Assembly (NCBI GenBank): GCA_963726745.1
Contig: CAVSDR010000004.1
Coordinates: 288,001-352,000 of the forward strand
DNA: 64,000 nucleotides
Source of the DNA: an uncultured Verrucomicrobiae bacterium
GTDB taxonomy: Bacteria; Verrucomicrobiota; Verrucomicrobiia; Chthoniobacterales; UBA10450
Direction: 5' to 3'
A program made the position numbers and the translations under genes. This document shows, piece by piece, positions 55,413-64,000 of the stretch. Position 1 is the first letter of the stretch, and each line of letters begins with the position of its first letter. The notes under the pieces are model-generated. The model had not been told where the DNA came from and ran no database searches. It saw nothing but the letters and a program-made list of their open reading frames with translations.

Positions 55413-56461
55413 TTCTTCGGCTCGTCGGCCACGCGCAGGACGATCTTCCCCCGCGTGTGCCCGGTCTCGATCGCTTCCTGCGCTTTCGCGGCTTCGGCTA
55501 ACGAGAAAGTTTTCGTGACCACCGGCCGCAGCTTTTTCGCCTCCACCAGGCCGGTTAATTCCGCGAGCACATTGGTATCGGGCGAGGCCATCAAGGCCAG
55601 GCCGCGAATCTTGTGCGCGTCCAGCTGCGCCTGGTCCGGCGGTTCCACCAGGCTCACGAGGATGCCGCCTTCCTGCACCACCGCATAGGAACGCTGGAGC
55701 GTCTCGCCGCCCACGGAATCGAGCACCACATCGACGTCTTTCGCCACTTCCTCGAAGCGCGCCGCGTTGTAATCGATCGTCTGGTCGGCTCCCAGTTCCT
55801 TGAGGAATTGCTGGTTCCCCGCAGAAGCGGTCGCGATCACTTTCGCTCCGCGCGCCTTCGCGATCTGGATGGCAAAACTGCCCACGCCGCCGGAGCCGCC
55901 GTGAATCAAGACCGTCTGGCCCGCCCCCAAATGGGCCTCGTCCACCAGCGCCTGCCACGCCGTCCCCGCCGCCACCGGCATGGCCGCAGCCTCGGCGAAG
56001 CTGAGCGCCTTTGGCTTGGGCGAGGCTTCGCTTTCTTTCGCGAGCGCGAACTCCGCGTAGCCGCCCGGCCGGCGCAGATTCAGCCCCGCATAGACCGCGT
56101 CGCCCGCCTTGAATTGCGTCACCTTCGCGCCCGCGCTTTCCACGATGCCGGCGACGTCCAGACCGGGCGTAAGCGGAAGCGTGGTCCCGAGCAGGCGCGC
56201 ATAACGGCCCGCGCGCATCTGCGCGTCCACCGGGTTCACCCCCGCGGCGATCACCCGGATGAGCACCTCGTCCGCCGCCGGCTCGGGGCGGGGCGCTTCC
56301 TCCAGCTGTAAAACTTCCGGCCCGCCAAAGGACTGCAGACGCACCGCCTGCATCGTCGACGGGGTGGGCGCCGGAGCCGGGGTGGCCTCCTCCGCCGCGG
56401 CCGTCGCCAGGCGCACGCCGACGGCCAGCGCAGCGCAGAGGCGGAGCGGCATTCTCATCAT
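55409..56461 (-). CDS. NADP-dependent (quinone) oxidoreductase, MDR family
   Basis: AGVNPVD, GGYAEF, LIHGGSGGVGSFAIQIAK, GHTRGKIVL. Confidence 0.9.
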   Translation of the reverse strand: MMRMPLRLCAALAVGVRLATAAAEEATPAPAPTPSTMQAVRLQSFGGPEVLQLEEAPRPEPAADEVLIRVIAAGVNPVDAQMRAGRYARLLGTTLPLTPGLDVAGIVESAGAKVTQFKAGDAVYAGLNLRRPGGYAEFALAKESEASPKPKALSFAEAAAMPVAAGTAWQALVDEAHLGAGQTVLIHGGSGGVGSFAIQIAKARGAKVIATASAGNQQFLKELGADQTIDYNAARFEEVAKDVDVVLDSVGGETLQRSYAVVQEGGILVSLVEPPDQAQLDAHKIRGLALMASPDTNVLAELTGLVEAKKLRPVVTKTFSLAEAAKAQEAIETGHTRGKIVLRVADEPKN

Positions 56462-56535
56462 GCCGGCTAATTTGGCTGCGGATTGGCCGATGAAAAGCGC
56501 GTGCTCTCCGCGCGCCCGCCTGCTTTCCTGCTCGC

Positions 56536-58215
56536 ATGCGCACCCTCCTGCTCGCGGCCGCCATCTCGCTGTCTCTTTCCGCGTCCGCTCGCGCCGCCGA
56601 TCCGCAATTCGACCTGGTCATCGCCGGTGGCGACGTCTTCGACGGGACGGGCAGCCCGCCGGTGCGCGCGGATGTCGGGATCAAGGGCGACCGCATCGTG
56701 GCCCTGGGCGACCTGCGGGAACGCGCGGCCGCGGAACGGATCGACGCCACCGGCCTGGCGGTCGCACCCGGCTTCATCAACATGCTCTCCTGGTCTAACG
56801 AGTCGTTGATTGCCGATGGCCGTTCGCAAAGCGAAATCCGCCAGGGCGTGACCACCGAGATCATGGGCGAAGGCGAATCCATGGGCCCGGTGAATGACCG
56901 GGTGCGCGCGCACATGCTCCGCGGGCAAAAAGACATCAAATACCGGATCGCGTGGACCACGCTCGCGGAAGCGCTCCGTTTCCTCCAGGAACGCGGCATC
57001 TCCTGCAACGTCGCCTCCTTCGTCGGCGCGACCACCATTCGCGAGCACGTGATCGGTTTTGACGACCAGGCGCCCACGCCGGCGCAGCTCGAGGAGATGC
57101 GCGCGCTCGTGCGGCAGGCGATGCGGGAAGGCGCGCTCGGCGTGGGCACGTCGCTGATTTATCCGCCGGCCTTCTACGCGCAGACCGAGGAGTTGATCGA
57201 ACTCTGCAAGGTGGCCGCGGAGTTCCAGGGGAAATACATCTCGCACATGCGCAGCGAAGGAAACCACCTCCTGGAGGCCTTCGATGAACTCAAGCGGATC
57301 GCGCGCGAAGCGAAGATCCCCGCGGAGATTTATCACCTCAAAGCCGCGGGCGAAAAGAATTGGGGCAAGCTCGACGAACTGCTCGCGCGCATCGAGGCCG
57401 CGCGCGCGGAAGGGCTCAAGATTACCGCCGATATCTATACCTACCCGGCCGCGGGCACCGGGCTCGATGCCTGCCTCCCGCCGTGGACGCAGGACGGCGG
57501 CTATCCCGCGCTCTTCCGCCGCCTGCGCGATCCCGCGACGCGCAAAAAGATCGCCGGGCAAGTGGCGCAGCCGAGCGACGACTGGGAGAATTTCTACCTC
57601 GCCGCCGGTTCCCCCGAGCGCATCCTCCTGGTCGGCTTCAAGTCGGAAAAGCTCAAGCCGCTCACCGGGAAAACTCTCGCCGAGGTCGCGCAGCTGCGCG
57701 GCGTGGACCCGATCACCACGCTGATGGATTTGATCGCCGAGGACGAGTCGCGCATCGACACGGTTTACTTCGTCATGTCGGAGGAAAACGTGCGCAAAAA
57801 AGTGGCGCAACCATGGATCACCTTCGGCTCCGACGAAGCCTCGCAACCGAACGAGGGCGTCTTCCTGAAGTCGCATCCGCATCCGCGCGCCTATGGGAAT
57901 TTCGCGCGCCTTCTCGGCAAATACGTGCGCGAAGAAAAAGTGATCTCGCTGCCTGAAGCAATCCACCGGCTGAGCGGGCTGCCCGCGACCAACCTCGGCC
58001 TGGATCATCGCGGCTTCCTCCAGGAAGGGATGTTCGCCGACGTCGTCGTGTTCGACCCGGCGACGATCGCCGACCGCGCGACCTTCGCCGAGCCGCAGCA
58101 ATACGCCGTGGGCATGCGGCACGTCTTCGTCAACGGAAAGCAGGTGCTGCGAGATGGCGAGCATACCGGCGCGAAGCCCGGCCGGGCCTTGCGCGGCCCG
58201 GGCGCGACTCGTTAG
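56536..58215 (+). CDS. Exported N-acyl-D-amino-acid deacylase-like amidohydrolase
   Basis: FDGTG..ADVGIKGDRI, VAPGFI, SHMRSEG, HPRAYGNFAR, ADVVVFDP. Confidence 0.88.
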   Translation: MRTLLLAAAISLSLSASARAADPQFDLVIAGGDVFDGTGSPPVRADVGIKGDRIVALGDLRERAAAERIDATGLAVAPGFINMLSWSNESLIADGRSQSEIRQGVTTEIMGEGESMGPVNDRVRAHMLRGQKDIKYRIAWTTLAEALRFLQERGISCNVASFVGATTIREHVIGFDDQAPTPAQLEEMRALVRQAMREGALGVGTSLIYPPAFYAQTEELIELCKVAAEFQGKYISHMRSEGNHLLEAFDELKRIAREAKIPAEIYHLKAAGEKNWGKLDELLARIEAARAEGLKITADIYTYPAAGTGLDACLPPWTQDGGYPALFRRLRDPATRKKIAGQVAQPSDDWENFYLAAGSPERILLVGFKSEKLKPLTGKTLAEVAQLRGVDPITTLMDLIAEDESRIDTVYFVMSEENVRKKVAQPWITFGSDEASQPNEGVFLKSHPHPRAYGNFARLLGKYVREEKVISLPEAIHRLSGLPATNLGLDHRGFLQEGMFADVVVFDPATIADRATFAEPQQYAVGMRHVFVNGKQVLRDGEHTGAKPGRALRGPGATR

Positions 58216-58228
58216 GCGAAAAGGTCGT

Positions 58229-59431
58229 ATGGAAAATTCCCTGGCGCGGGCCGTCCGGGCGATCTATCAACGCCGGCCTTACCCCGATCCCGCGCGCACC
58301 CGGCGCAAGATTACCTGGCAACTTCCCCCGCCCGAATGGATCCAGGCGATCGCGGACGTGGCCGCGCCGCCGCGAATCCTCGTGGCCGGTTGCGGGACAG
58401 GGAACGAGGCCTTCGCCTTGCGACGTCGCTTCCCCGAGGCTGAGATCGTCGCGCTCGATTTCTCGACGCGCGCGCTTGCCCTGGCCAGGACACTGGAGCG
58501 CTCGCTCCTCCGACGTGCGCGACCGATCGCTTTCCAGCAAGCCGACCTGAGCGAGCCCGGCTGGACGCGGCCCTGGCGGGAAACGTTCGACTTCATCAGC
58601 GCTCACGGCGTCTTCTCCTACATTCCCGCGCCGGCCCGGGCGCTGCGCCATCTGGCCGCCTGCCTAACGAGTGAAGGCGCGGTCTATTTGGGCGTAAATG
58701 GGGCGCCGCATTACAGCACTCGCTGGCGCCCGGCGTTGCGCGCGCTGGGATTCGATCCCGCCCGCTTCCCGGACAACGCGCGCGCCCTCCGCGGGGTGCT
58801 CGGCCTGTGCGATGCGCTCGCCGGACACGCGCCGGATGAAATTGCCGGCAAACCGGCGGACTACCTCGCGGGCGATCTCTTCGGGCCGTTGATCACGACG
58901 CAATCCCTCGACGAATGGAGCGCCCTCGCGGCCGGCGCCGGGCTCGAGTTTCACGGCAGCTACCCCGCGCACCGCAAACTCCGCCGCGCCTTCGCCGATC
59001 GGCGCTACCGCCTGCTCTTCCCCCGTGGCCGGGCCGAGGCGCAACGACTCGCGGAGCAGCTCGCGCCCTCCTCGTTCCACCAGCTTCTCTTTCGGCGCAC
59101 GCCGCCGCCGGTGGTGCCTTGGAAAAATCGCGCGCGCCTCCTGCGCTGGCGCCCAGAGCGCACTGGCCTTTATCGGCTCGTTAGACCAAAAGCCGCTGCC
59201 GCCGGCGCGGACCGGGAGCGTCTGGTCTTTGAAAGCGAAGGAAGCAACACCCGCGTGGAACTCCAGGCCGCGCGGTGGGTTCGCCGCCTCCTGCGCGCGG
59301 CGGATGGCACCAAGTCGCTGGCTAGTTGCCTCGCCGACGAACGGCCGCGCCCGTCCGCCGCCGAGATTGCCGAGGAACTTTACCCGCTCGAATTGCTCGC
59401 GGTCTTGAATTTCCGGCCGCCCCTCCCCTAA
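58229..59431 (+). CDS. Class I SAM-dependent methyltransferase
   Basis: YQRRPYP, ILVAGCGTG, ALDFS, FDFISAHGV. Confidence 0.8.
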   Translation: MENSLARAVRAIYQRRPYPDPARTRRKITWQLPPPEWIQAIADVAAPPRILVAGCGTGNEAFALRRRFPEAEIVALDFSTRALALARTLERSLLRRARPIAFQQADLSEPGWTRPWRETFDFISAHGVFSYIPAPARALRHLAACLTSEGAVYLGVNGAPHYSTRWRPALRALGFDPARFPDNARALRGVLGLCDALAGHAPDEIAGKPADYLAGDLFGPLITTQSLDEWSALAAGAGLEFHGSYPAHRKLRRAFADRRYRLLFPRGRAEAQRLAEQLAPSSFHQLLFRRTPPPVVPWKNRARLLRWRPERTGLYRLVRPKAAAAGADRERLVFESEGSNTRVELQAARWVRRLLRAADGTKSLASCLADERPRPSAAEIAEELYPLELLAVLNFRPPLP

Positions 59432-59484
59432 CGAGCGCGGCTTTTGATTTGCCGGCCGAGGCGCGCTCCTCCTAACCTCGCGAC

Positions 59485-61233
59485 GTGAAAGCCTTCGCTC
59501 TCCTCGCCCTTCTGCCCACCCTCCTCGCCGCCCAATCCGTGCAGGAAACGCCGCCCGACCTCTCCGGCAAAGCGCTCCTGACCAAATCCGCGCCGGTCGC
59601 CGGCGCGACCGTGCTGCGCAATCTCGCGCGCGAATATTACGCCTGGCGCAACGAGAACTTTCCCGTCTGGAGCAGCGATGCCGGGCTGCATCGCTGGGAC
59701 GATCGGCTGACCGATTACGCCCCCGCGAAAATCGCGGAGCGCCAGGAGCACGTCCGCGCGCTCCTGGAGAAAGTGCGCACGATGAAGACGGAAGGCTGGT
59801 CGAAGGACGACCGGATTGATTGGCTCCTTTTCCGCGCACAGCTCGAGCAGGCCGCCTTCGGCGATCGCGTGCTCGAATCGACCCGCAAGAATCCGCAGGT
59901 CTATCTCGGCGAGTGCACCGGCGGCATCTTTTCGCTCCTGAAAAAGGAGTATGCCCCGCCGCGCGAACGCGCCCTCGCCGCCACCGCGCGTTTGCGCCAG
60001 ATGCCGGCCCTGCTGAAGCAAGGCCTCGGCAACCTGCAGAATCCGGTGAAGCTCTACGCGCAGCTCGCGATCGCCTCGGCGCGCGCGATTGATCCGCTCT
60101 TTACCGGCAGCCTGATGGCGCTCGACCAGGGGCTTTCGCCGGAAGAACACCAGAACCTGGTGGAGGCGCGCGACGCCGCCCTCGCGGCCACCCACAGTTT
60201 TGCCGACGAACTGGAGAAACGACTGCCCGCGATGCCGGACTTCGCACCCATGGGCGAGGCGAACTACAACTACTACCTCAAGCACGTCCTTCTGCTCCCG
60301 CTCGATGCCGCCCAGGTCGAGATGCTTGGCCGGGTCGAGCTCGGGCGTTATCGTGCGCTCGAGGCGATGCTGCGCGATCCCTCGTTAGCCGATCCGAACC
60401 CCGCGCGGAGCAAAAACATCCCGCCCGACCAGGCCTCGTTCCTCCAGGCCTACGAGAGCCGCGAGGCGGAGATGATCGCCTTTTTGAAGGACAACAAACT
60501 GGTTACCGTGCCGGAATATCTCGGGCGTTTCGAGATCCGGCAATTACCCGACGCCTTCAAGCCGACTAGCCCGGGAGGTTTCATGAACCCGCCCGGCCTT
60601 TACGATAAGGACCCGACCGGCTTCTACTTCATCCCGACCTACAACCCGGAGTCGAAGAACTTTTACATCCGCGCGGCGATCGAGGACCCGCGCCCGATCC
60701 TCGGGCACGAGGGCATCCCCGGCCACTTCATGCAGCTCTCGATTGCGAATCATTTGCCGAACGAAATTAGACGGCAACATGGCGACAACGTCTTCGTCGA
60801 AGGCTGGGCGCTTTATGGCGAGGAGATGCTCCTGCGCCGCGGCCTTTACCCGGAGAATTCCCCCGCGCACGGCCAGATCCTGCGCCTCTCGCGCTATCGC
60901 TCCGCCCGCATCGGGGTGGACGTGAACCTGCACACCGGCCGCTGGAGCTTCGAGGAAGCGGTCAAGTATTTCCAGGAAGCTGGCGGGCTCGACCGCGAAG
61001 CCGCCGAAGGCGAAGCCGCCGGCGCCGCCTCCGATCCCACGCAGAAAATCAGCTACATCACCGGCAAATGGCAGATCATGAATCTGCTCGGGAAATACCG
61101 CGACCAGAAAGGCCCCGACTTCTCGTTAGGCAAATTCCACGACGACCTGATCAAGCACGGCAGCCTCCCCTTATCGATCATCCAATGGATCCTGCTGGAC
61201 GACCCGAGCGCGCTCGAACAAGCGCTGAAGTAA
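59485..61233 (+). CDS. DUF885 family protein
   Basis: GHEGIPGHFMQ, FVEGWALYGE, VDVNLH, FSLGKFHD; signal peptide. Confidence 0.87.
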   Translation: MKAFALLALLPTLLAAQSVQETPPDLSGKALLTKSAPVAGATVLRNLAREYYAWRNENFPVWSSDAGLHRWDDRLTDYAPAKIAERQEHVRALLEKVRTMKTEGWSKDDRIDWLLFRAQLEQAAFGDRVLESTRKNPQVYLGECTGGIFSLLKKEYAPPRERALAATARLRQMPALLKQGLGNLQNPVKLYAQLAIASARAIDPLFTGSLMALDQGLSPEEHQNLVEARDAALAATHSFADELEKRLPAMPDFAPMGEANYNYYLKHVLLLPLDAAQVEMLGRVELGRYRALEAMLRDPSLADPNPARSKNIPPDQASFLQAYESREAEMIAFLKDNKLVTVPEYLGRFEIRQLPDAFKPTSPGGFMNPPGLYDKDPTGFYFIPTYNPESKNFYIRAAIEDPRPILGHEGIPGHFMQLSIANHLPNEIRRQHGDNVFVEGWALYGEEMLLRRGLYPENSPAHGQILRLSRYRSARIGVDVNLHTGRWSFEEAVKYFQEAGGLDREAAEGEAAGAASDPTQKISYITGKWQIMNLLGKYRDQKGPDFSLGKFHDDLIKHGSLPLSIIQWILLDDPSALEQALK

Positions 61234-61255
61234 GCCTTGGCCACCTCCCTCGACG

Positions 61256-61437
61256 CGCCCGCTGCCCGCACTAGATCATACAATGCGCGGTGAGGTAAAC
61301 GTGGGTGGAGGTGAGGACGAACCGCAACGCACCGCCTCTGCCGGAGGCCTCCCTTGGAGAGCGGCAGAAGACACGAAGTGACCGGGCGGCACTTTGCCTC
61401 ACCGCCCATTGTATGATTCTCGTGCAAGCAGCGGGCG
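61256..61437. repeat. ~180-bp long imperfect palindrome (MITE/REPIN-like element or structured RNA)
   Basis: Left arm CGCCCGCTGCCCGCACTAGATCATACAATGCGCGGTGAGGTAAACGTG versus reverse complement of right arm CGCCCGCTGCTTGCACGAGAATCATACAATGGGCGGTGAGGCAAAGTG. Confidence 0.75.
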
Positions 61438-61683
61438 TGACAGACGGCGGAGGGGGCTTGGGTAGCACGCAGCGTGACGGCAGAGGACTCGTTAGGGTGT
61501 TCTTGGGACGAGTGCTCTGCCGGCGCGATGCGTGCCGGGTCTCGTTGCCCAAGGCGGTGGCCGCGATGCCGTTTCGTTTGATGCAGCGCAGCTGCCGCTA
61601 ATCTTCTACTACTCGTTAGGCGTGATCGCCGACTTTGGCGATGACGCCGGTCGCGAGCGCAGTATCCTTTGGCGATTGTGGGT

Positions 61684-62172
61684 CTAACCGTGATTCACTT
61701 TCGCTTTGACCTTGGAAAATGATGTCCCGTCGCCGAACACAATCTCTTTGCTGTCGATCTTTACGATCTTCCGCCTTTCCACCTTCGTCTCGAACGGAGG
61801 CGGATTGGCTGGATTTAACTTTTTGATGATGTCCTTCAGCGGCTTGTTATTCATCTCCATGATAAGGGCGTCTCCCTCAACTCGCCATGTTCCCGCGCGG
61901 ACGAACTGGAATTCATTATCCGCGATTGCTCGCCCGTCTTTATCGTCGGGAGGAAACCCCTCTCTAACCGTTCGGTCCGCATCGAAGATAATCCGGCCGG
62001 TTCCTTCGATATAGGTCCATGACCACGAACCGACGATTTGCTGCTCCATCGAAGACAATGGCGCACCGCACGCCAAAAGGAGCAGCGATAGCGAGGCAGC
62101 CACACAAATTCGCGTGGGTAATGGTCCACGCAGAGCCTGACGTGCGGGCGAAGTAGGCGGATTCATTACCAA
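61684..62172 (-). CDS. Hypothetical lipoprotein-like protein, candidate Rhs immunity protein
   Basis: Immediately downstream of the Rhs C-terminus; lower GC; LLLLAC lipobox-like motif; start uncertain. Confidence 0.55.
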   Translation of the reverse strand: MVMNPPTSPARQALRGPLPTRICVAASLSLLLLACGAPLSSMEQQIVGSWSWTYIEGTGRIIFDADRTVREGFPPDDKDGRAIADNEFQFVRAGTWRVEGDALIMEMNNKPLKDIIKKLNPANPPPFETKVERRKIVKIDSKEIVFGDGTSFSKVKAKVNHG

Positions 62173-62221
62173 TGCGTTGGATCCTGCTCCGGCACTGAGG
62201 TCGGAACCGCGGGATATTTTT

Positions 62222-63226
62222 CTAAGTTATGGGTGCCACTTGATGATCGTATTTGAGTTTCTGCTGAATATTGAAACCGCTGACGATCCCGGAAAAATTG
62301 CGTAGATTATCGAGGCTGGCCGCAGCAGCACCGCTCCAATACCTCACCCCAAGATCACGTGCGTCTTGCACATGCTGTAGTTCGCGAGTGATGACATTCG
62401 TTCCCACAAACTGCTGATCATAGTACCAGTTCACGTGGAGCGTAAGATCCACGTTGTTGCCGCTACCACTAGACGAACCACTGGCCTTCGTCAGGCCACC
62501 TTTGCCAGTCTCCTGATACAAGTTGGAAGACGAGTGATTCGCGACAGTTCGGTCATTCCAATTTCCTGAGCTAAAGACGCGGACATGCGCCGGAATATTG
62601 CTGCCAAGCACCGGACGGTAGGTATCTTTGACGAGAACCGGTTTTGCCTTCTCTGGATCGTCCTTTGAAGTATCGAAGAGTCCCGTCGGATCACTTCTGT
62701 TAACTGGATCATTGTGGCAGTAGCGATAGAGATTGTAATCCCCGGCTTCGAATTGCTTGGGATCGGGCTGGAGGAAGCGGCCTAGCTCCGGTTGATACCA
62801 GCGGTTCCGGTAGTCGTAGAGCCGCAGCTCGCTGAGCCATTCCCGCCCGGTGAAGAGGAAGCGGTTGCCAAAGCCCGAGCCGGCCGTCGGGTTGCCCGCC
62901 GGGTTGTAGAAGTAGGGCTTCCCGAAGGCGTCGTAGTCATACTGCTCGATCATGTTCCCCGTAACCCAGTCGCTCAAGAAGACGCAATGCCCCCGCGCGT
63001 CGTAATGGTGGAGCGCCAGTTGCCCGGTGGTTAGGTTACGGCTCGCGATCATTTCATCGGGCCCGGCGCCAAAACAATTCCGCCGCACCGATTGTCCCGC
63101 GCCCGGGCCCTCATCGATCAGCCGCCAGCCGTCGTAATAAAAATAGGTCGCCGGATAAGGCGAAGTCGGCACCGGATCGTAGCCCGGATGAGGCTGGGCC
63201 GGAGTGAACTTCAACGATAGATCCAA
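62222..63226 (-). CDS. Orphan Rhs fragment: Rhs-associated core plus variable C-terminal putative toxin
   Basis: EQYDYDAFG, NRFLFTGREW, LYDYRNRWYQPELGRFLQPDP, YRYCHNDPVNRSDPTG; the long N-terminal YD region is absent. Confidence 0.85.
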   Translation of the reverse strand: MDLSLKFTPAQPHPGYDPVPTSPYPATYFYYDGWRLIDEGPGAGQSVRRNCFGAGPDEMIASRNLTTGQLALHHYDARGHCVFLSDWVTGNMIEQYDYDAFGKPYFYNPAGNPTAGSGFGNRFLFTGREWLSELRLYDYRNRWYQPELGRFLQPDPKQFEAGDYNLYRYCHNDPVNRSDPTGLFDTSKDDPEKAKPVLVKDTYRPVLGSNIPAHVRVFSSGNWNDRTVANHSSSNLYQETGKGGLTKASGSSSGSGNNVDLTLHVNWYYDQQFVGTNVITRELQHVQDARDLGVRYWSGAAAASLDNLRNFSGIVSGFNIQQKLKYDHQVAPIT

Positions 63227-63579
63227 AGCAGAACCCCGGGCACGGCCACGCCGAGGAGCAGGCTCAGGGTGGCGGCCAGAGGTTGCCGGCTAAATCGGTA
63301 GGCCATGACCACGCCGAGCACGCTCGTGCTGACCAGCCCGGCCGCGGCCAGGACCATGAAGTAGCGCAGCGGCGTGGGCTGGCGCGCGGGGGTTGGCGGG
63401 ACGTGCGCCTCGGTGTGAATCTCCGAAAGCACGGAGAGCGCGCGCGGGGCCAGGTAGCTCCGGTCCTTGGTGCTCTTGTGATAGTTAAAAAGCTGCCAGG
63501 CGCCGGTGACGGCGAAGAAGATCAACATCGGCGCGAAGAAGCAGCCGAGATAAAGATGGAGGCGGCGGAGGAGTTTCAT
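63211..63579 (-). CDS. PepSY-associated TM helix-like small membrane protein
   Basis: LRRLHLYLGCFFAPMLIFFAVTG motif plus further TM helices. Confidence 0.7.
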   Translation of the reverse strand: MKLLRRLHLYLGCFFAPMLIFFAVTGAWQLFNYHKSTKDRSYLAPRALSVLSEIHTEAHVPPTPARQPTPLRYFMVLAAAGLVSTSVLGVVMAYRFSRQPLAATLSLLLGVAVPGVLLWIYR

Positions 63580-64000
63580 CGAGAAGCGTCGAGGGCCGCG
63601 CCCAGGCGCTCCAGCCCGGCGCGAAGTTCTGCCGCCTCGCCGCCGATGCCAAGACGGAAATGGTCCGGCCGCTCAAAGAAGTGTCCGGGGACGACGGTGG
63701 TCTCGAAGTCGTCGCGTAACCGCTGGAAAAAACGCTCCGGATCGCCGCTCGTTAGGCGCGGGAAGAAGACCGAGCCGGCCGGCGGGCGGAAGCAGTCGAG
63801 ATCCGTGCGCGCATCGAGGAATTTCTCCATGATCGGGCGATTAGCCGACAAGATGGCCTGGCTGCGCGCGCGGAATTGCGCGAGCCGATCGAAGGCCAGG
63901 ACGGAGAGCCGCTCCGGGACGTGCGGCGCGGTCGCGCCGAAAAGATCGTTCAAACGCCAGATGCGCTCAGCTAGATTCGGCGCGGCCAGGATCCAGCCGC
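63576..64000 (-). CDS. PLP-dependent aminotransferase class I/II, C-terminal part (5' end outside the window)
   Basis: GWILAAPNLAERIW.., TVVPGHFF, HFRLGIG. Confidence 0.75.
   Translation of the reverse strand, partial: GWILAAPNLAERIWRLNDLFGATAPHVPERLSVLAFDRLAQFRARSQAILSANRPIMEKFLDARTDLDCFRPPAGSVFFPRLTSGDPERFFQRLRDDFETTVVPGHFFERPDHFRLGIGGEAAELRAGLERLGAALDASR

Overview
GC-rich bacterial chromosome segment, most likely Verrucomicrobiota (Chthoniobacterales/Spartobacteria-like). That placement is inferred from the tRNA-Thr-tuf-tRNA-Trp-secE-nusG-rplK order and from secreted proteins ending in tandem 'NIS.R..VG...IGGFII.G...K.VIVRGLGPSL' domains. Core genes: rpoC, rpoB, rplL, rplJ, rplA, rplK, nusG, secE, tuf, three tRNAs, purL-purF-purM, tsaD, a polyprenyl synthase and hslO. 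Accessory genes: a heme-binding protein / outer-membrane barrel / decaheme-LVIVD cytochrome cluster, a giant zinc-peptidase-vWA secreted protein lying between rplA and rplK, three DUF885 paralogues, a pilin-like protein and an orphan Rhs-CT/immunity pair. Eight apparent single-base insertions in seven genes, including rpoB, look like sequencing errors. The most striking signal is at the DNA level. A non-palindromic motif, CTCGTTAGG(C), is scattered on both strands: by hand count at least 27 exact 9-mers and about 55 TCGTTAG cores. It lies mostly inside genes, forces rare TTA/CTA codons and often supplies stop codons. Its pattern resembles a DNA-uptake-sequence or HIP1-like genomic signature. 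All counts and family assignments are by eye; no searches were run.
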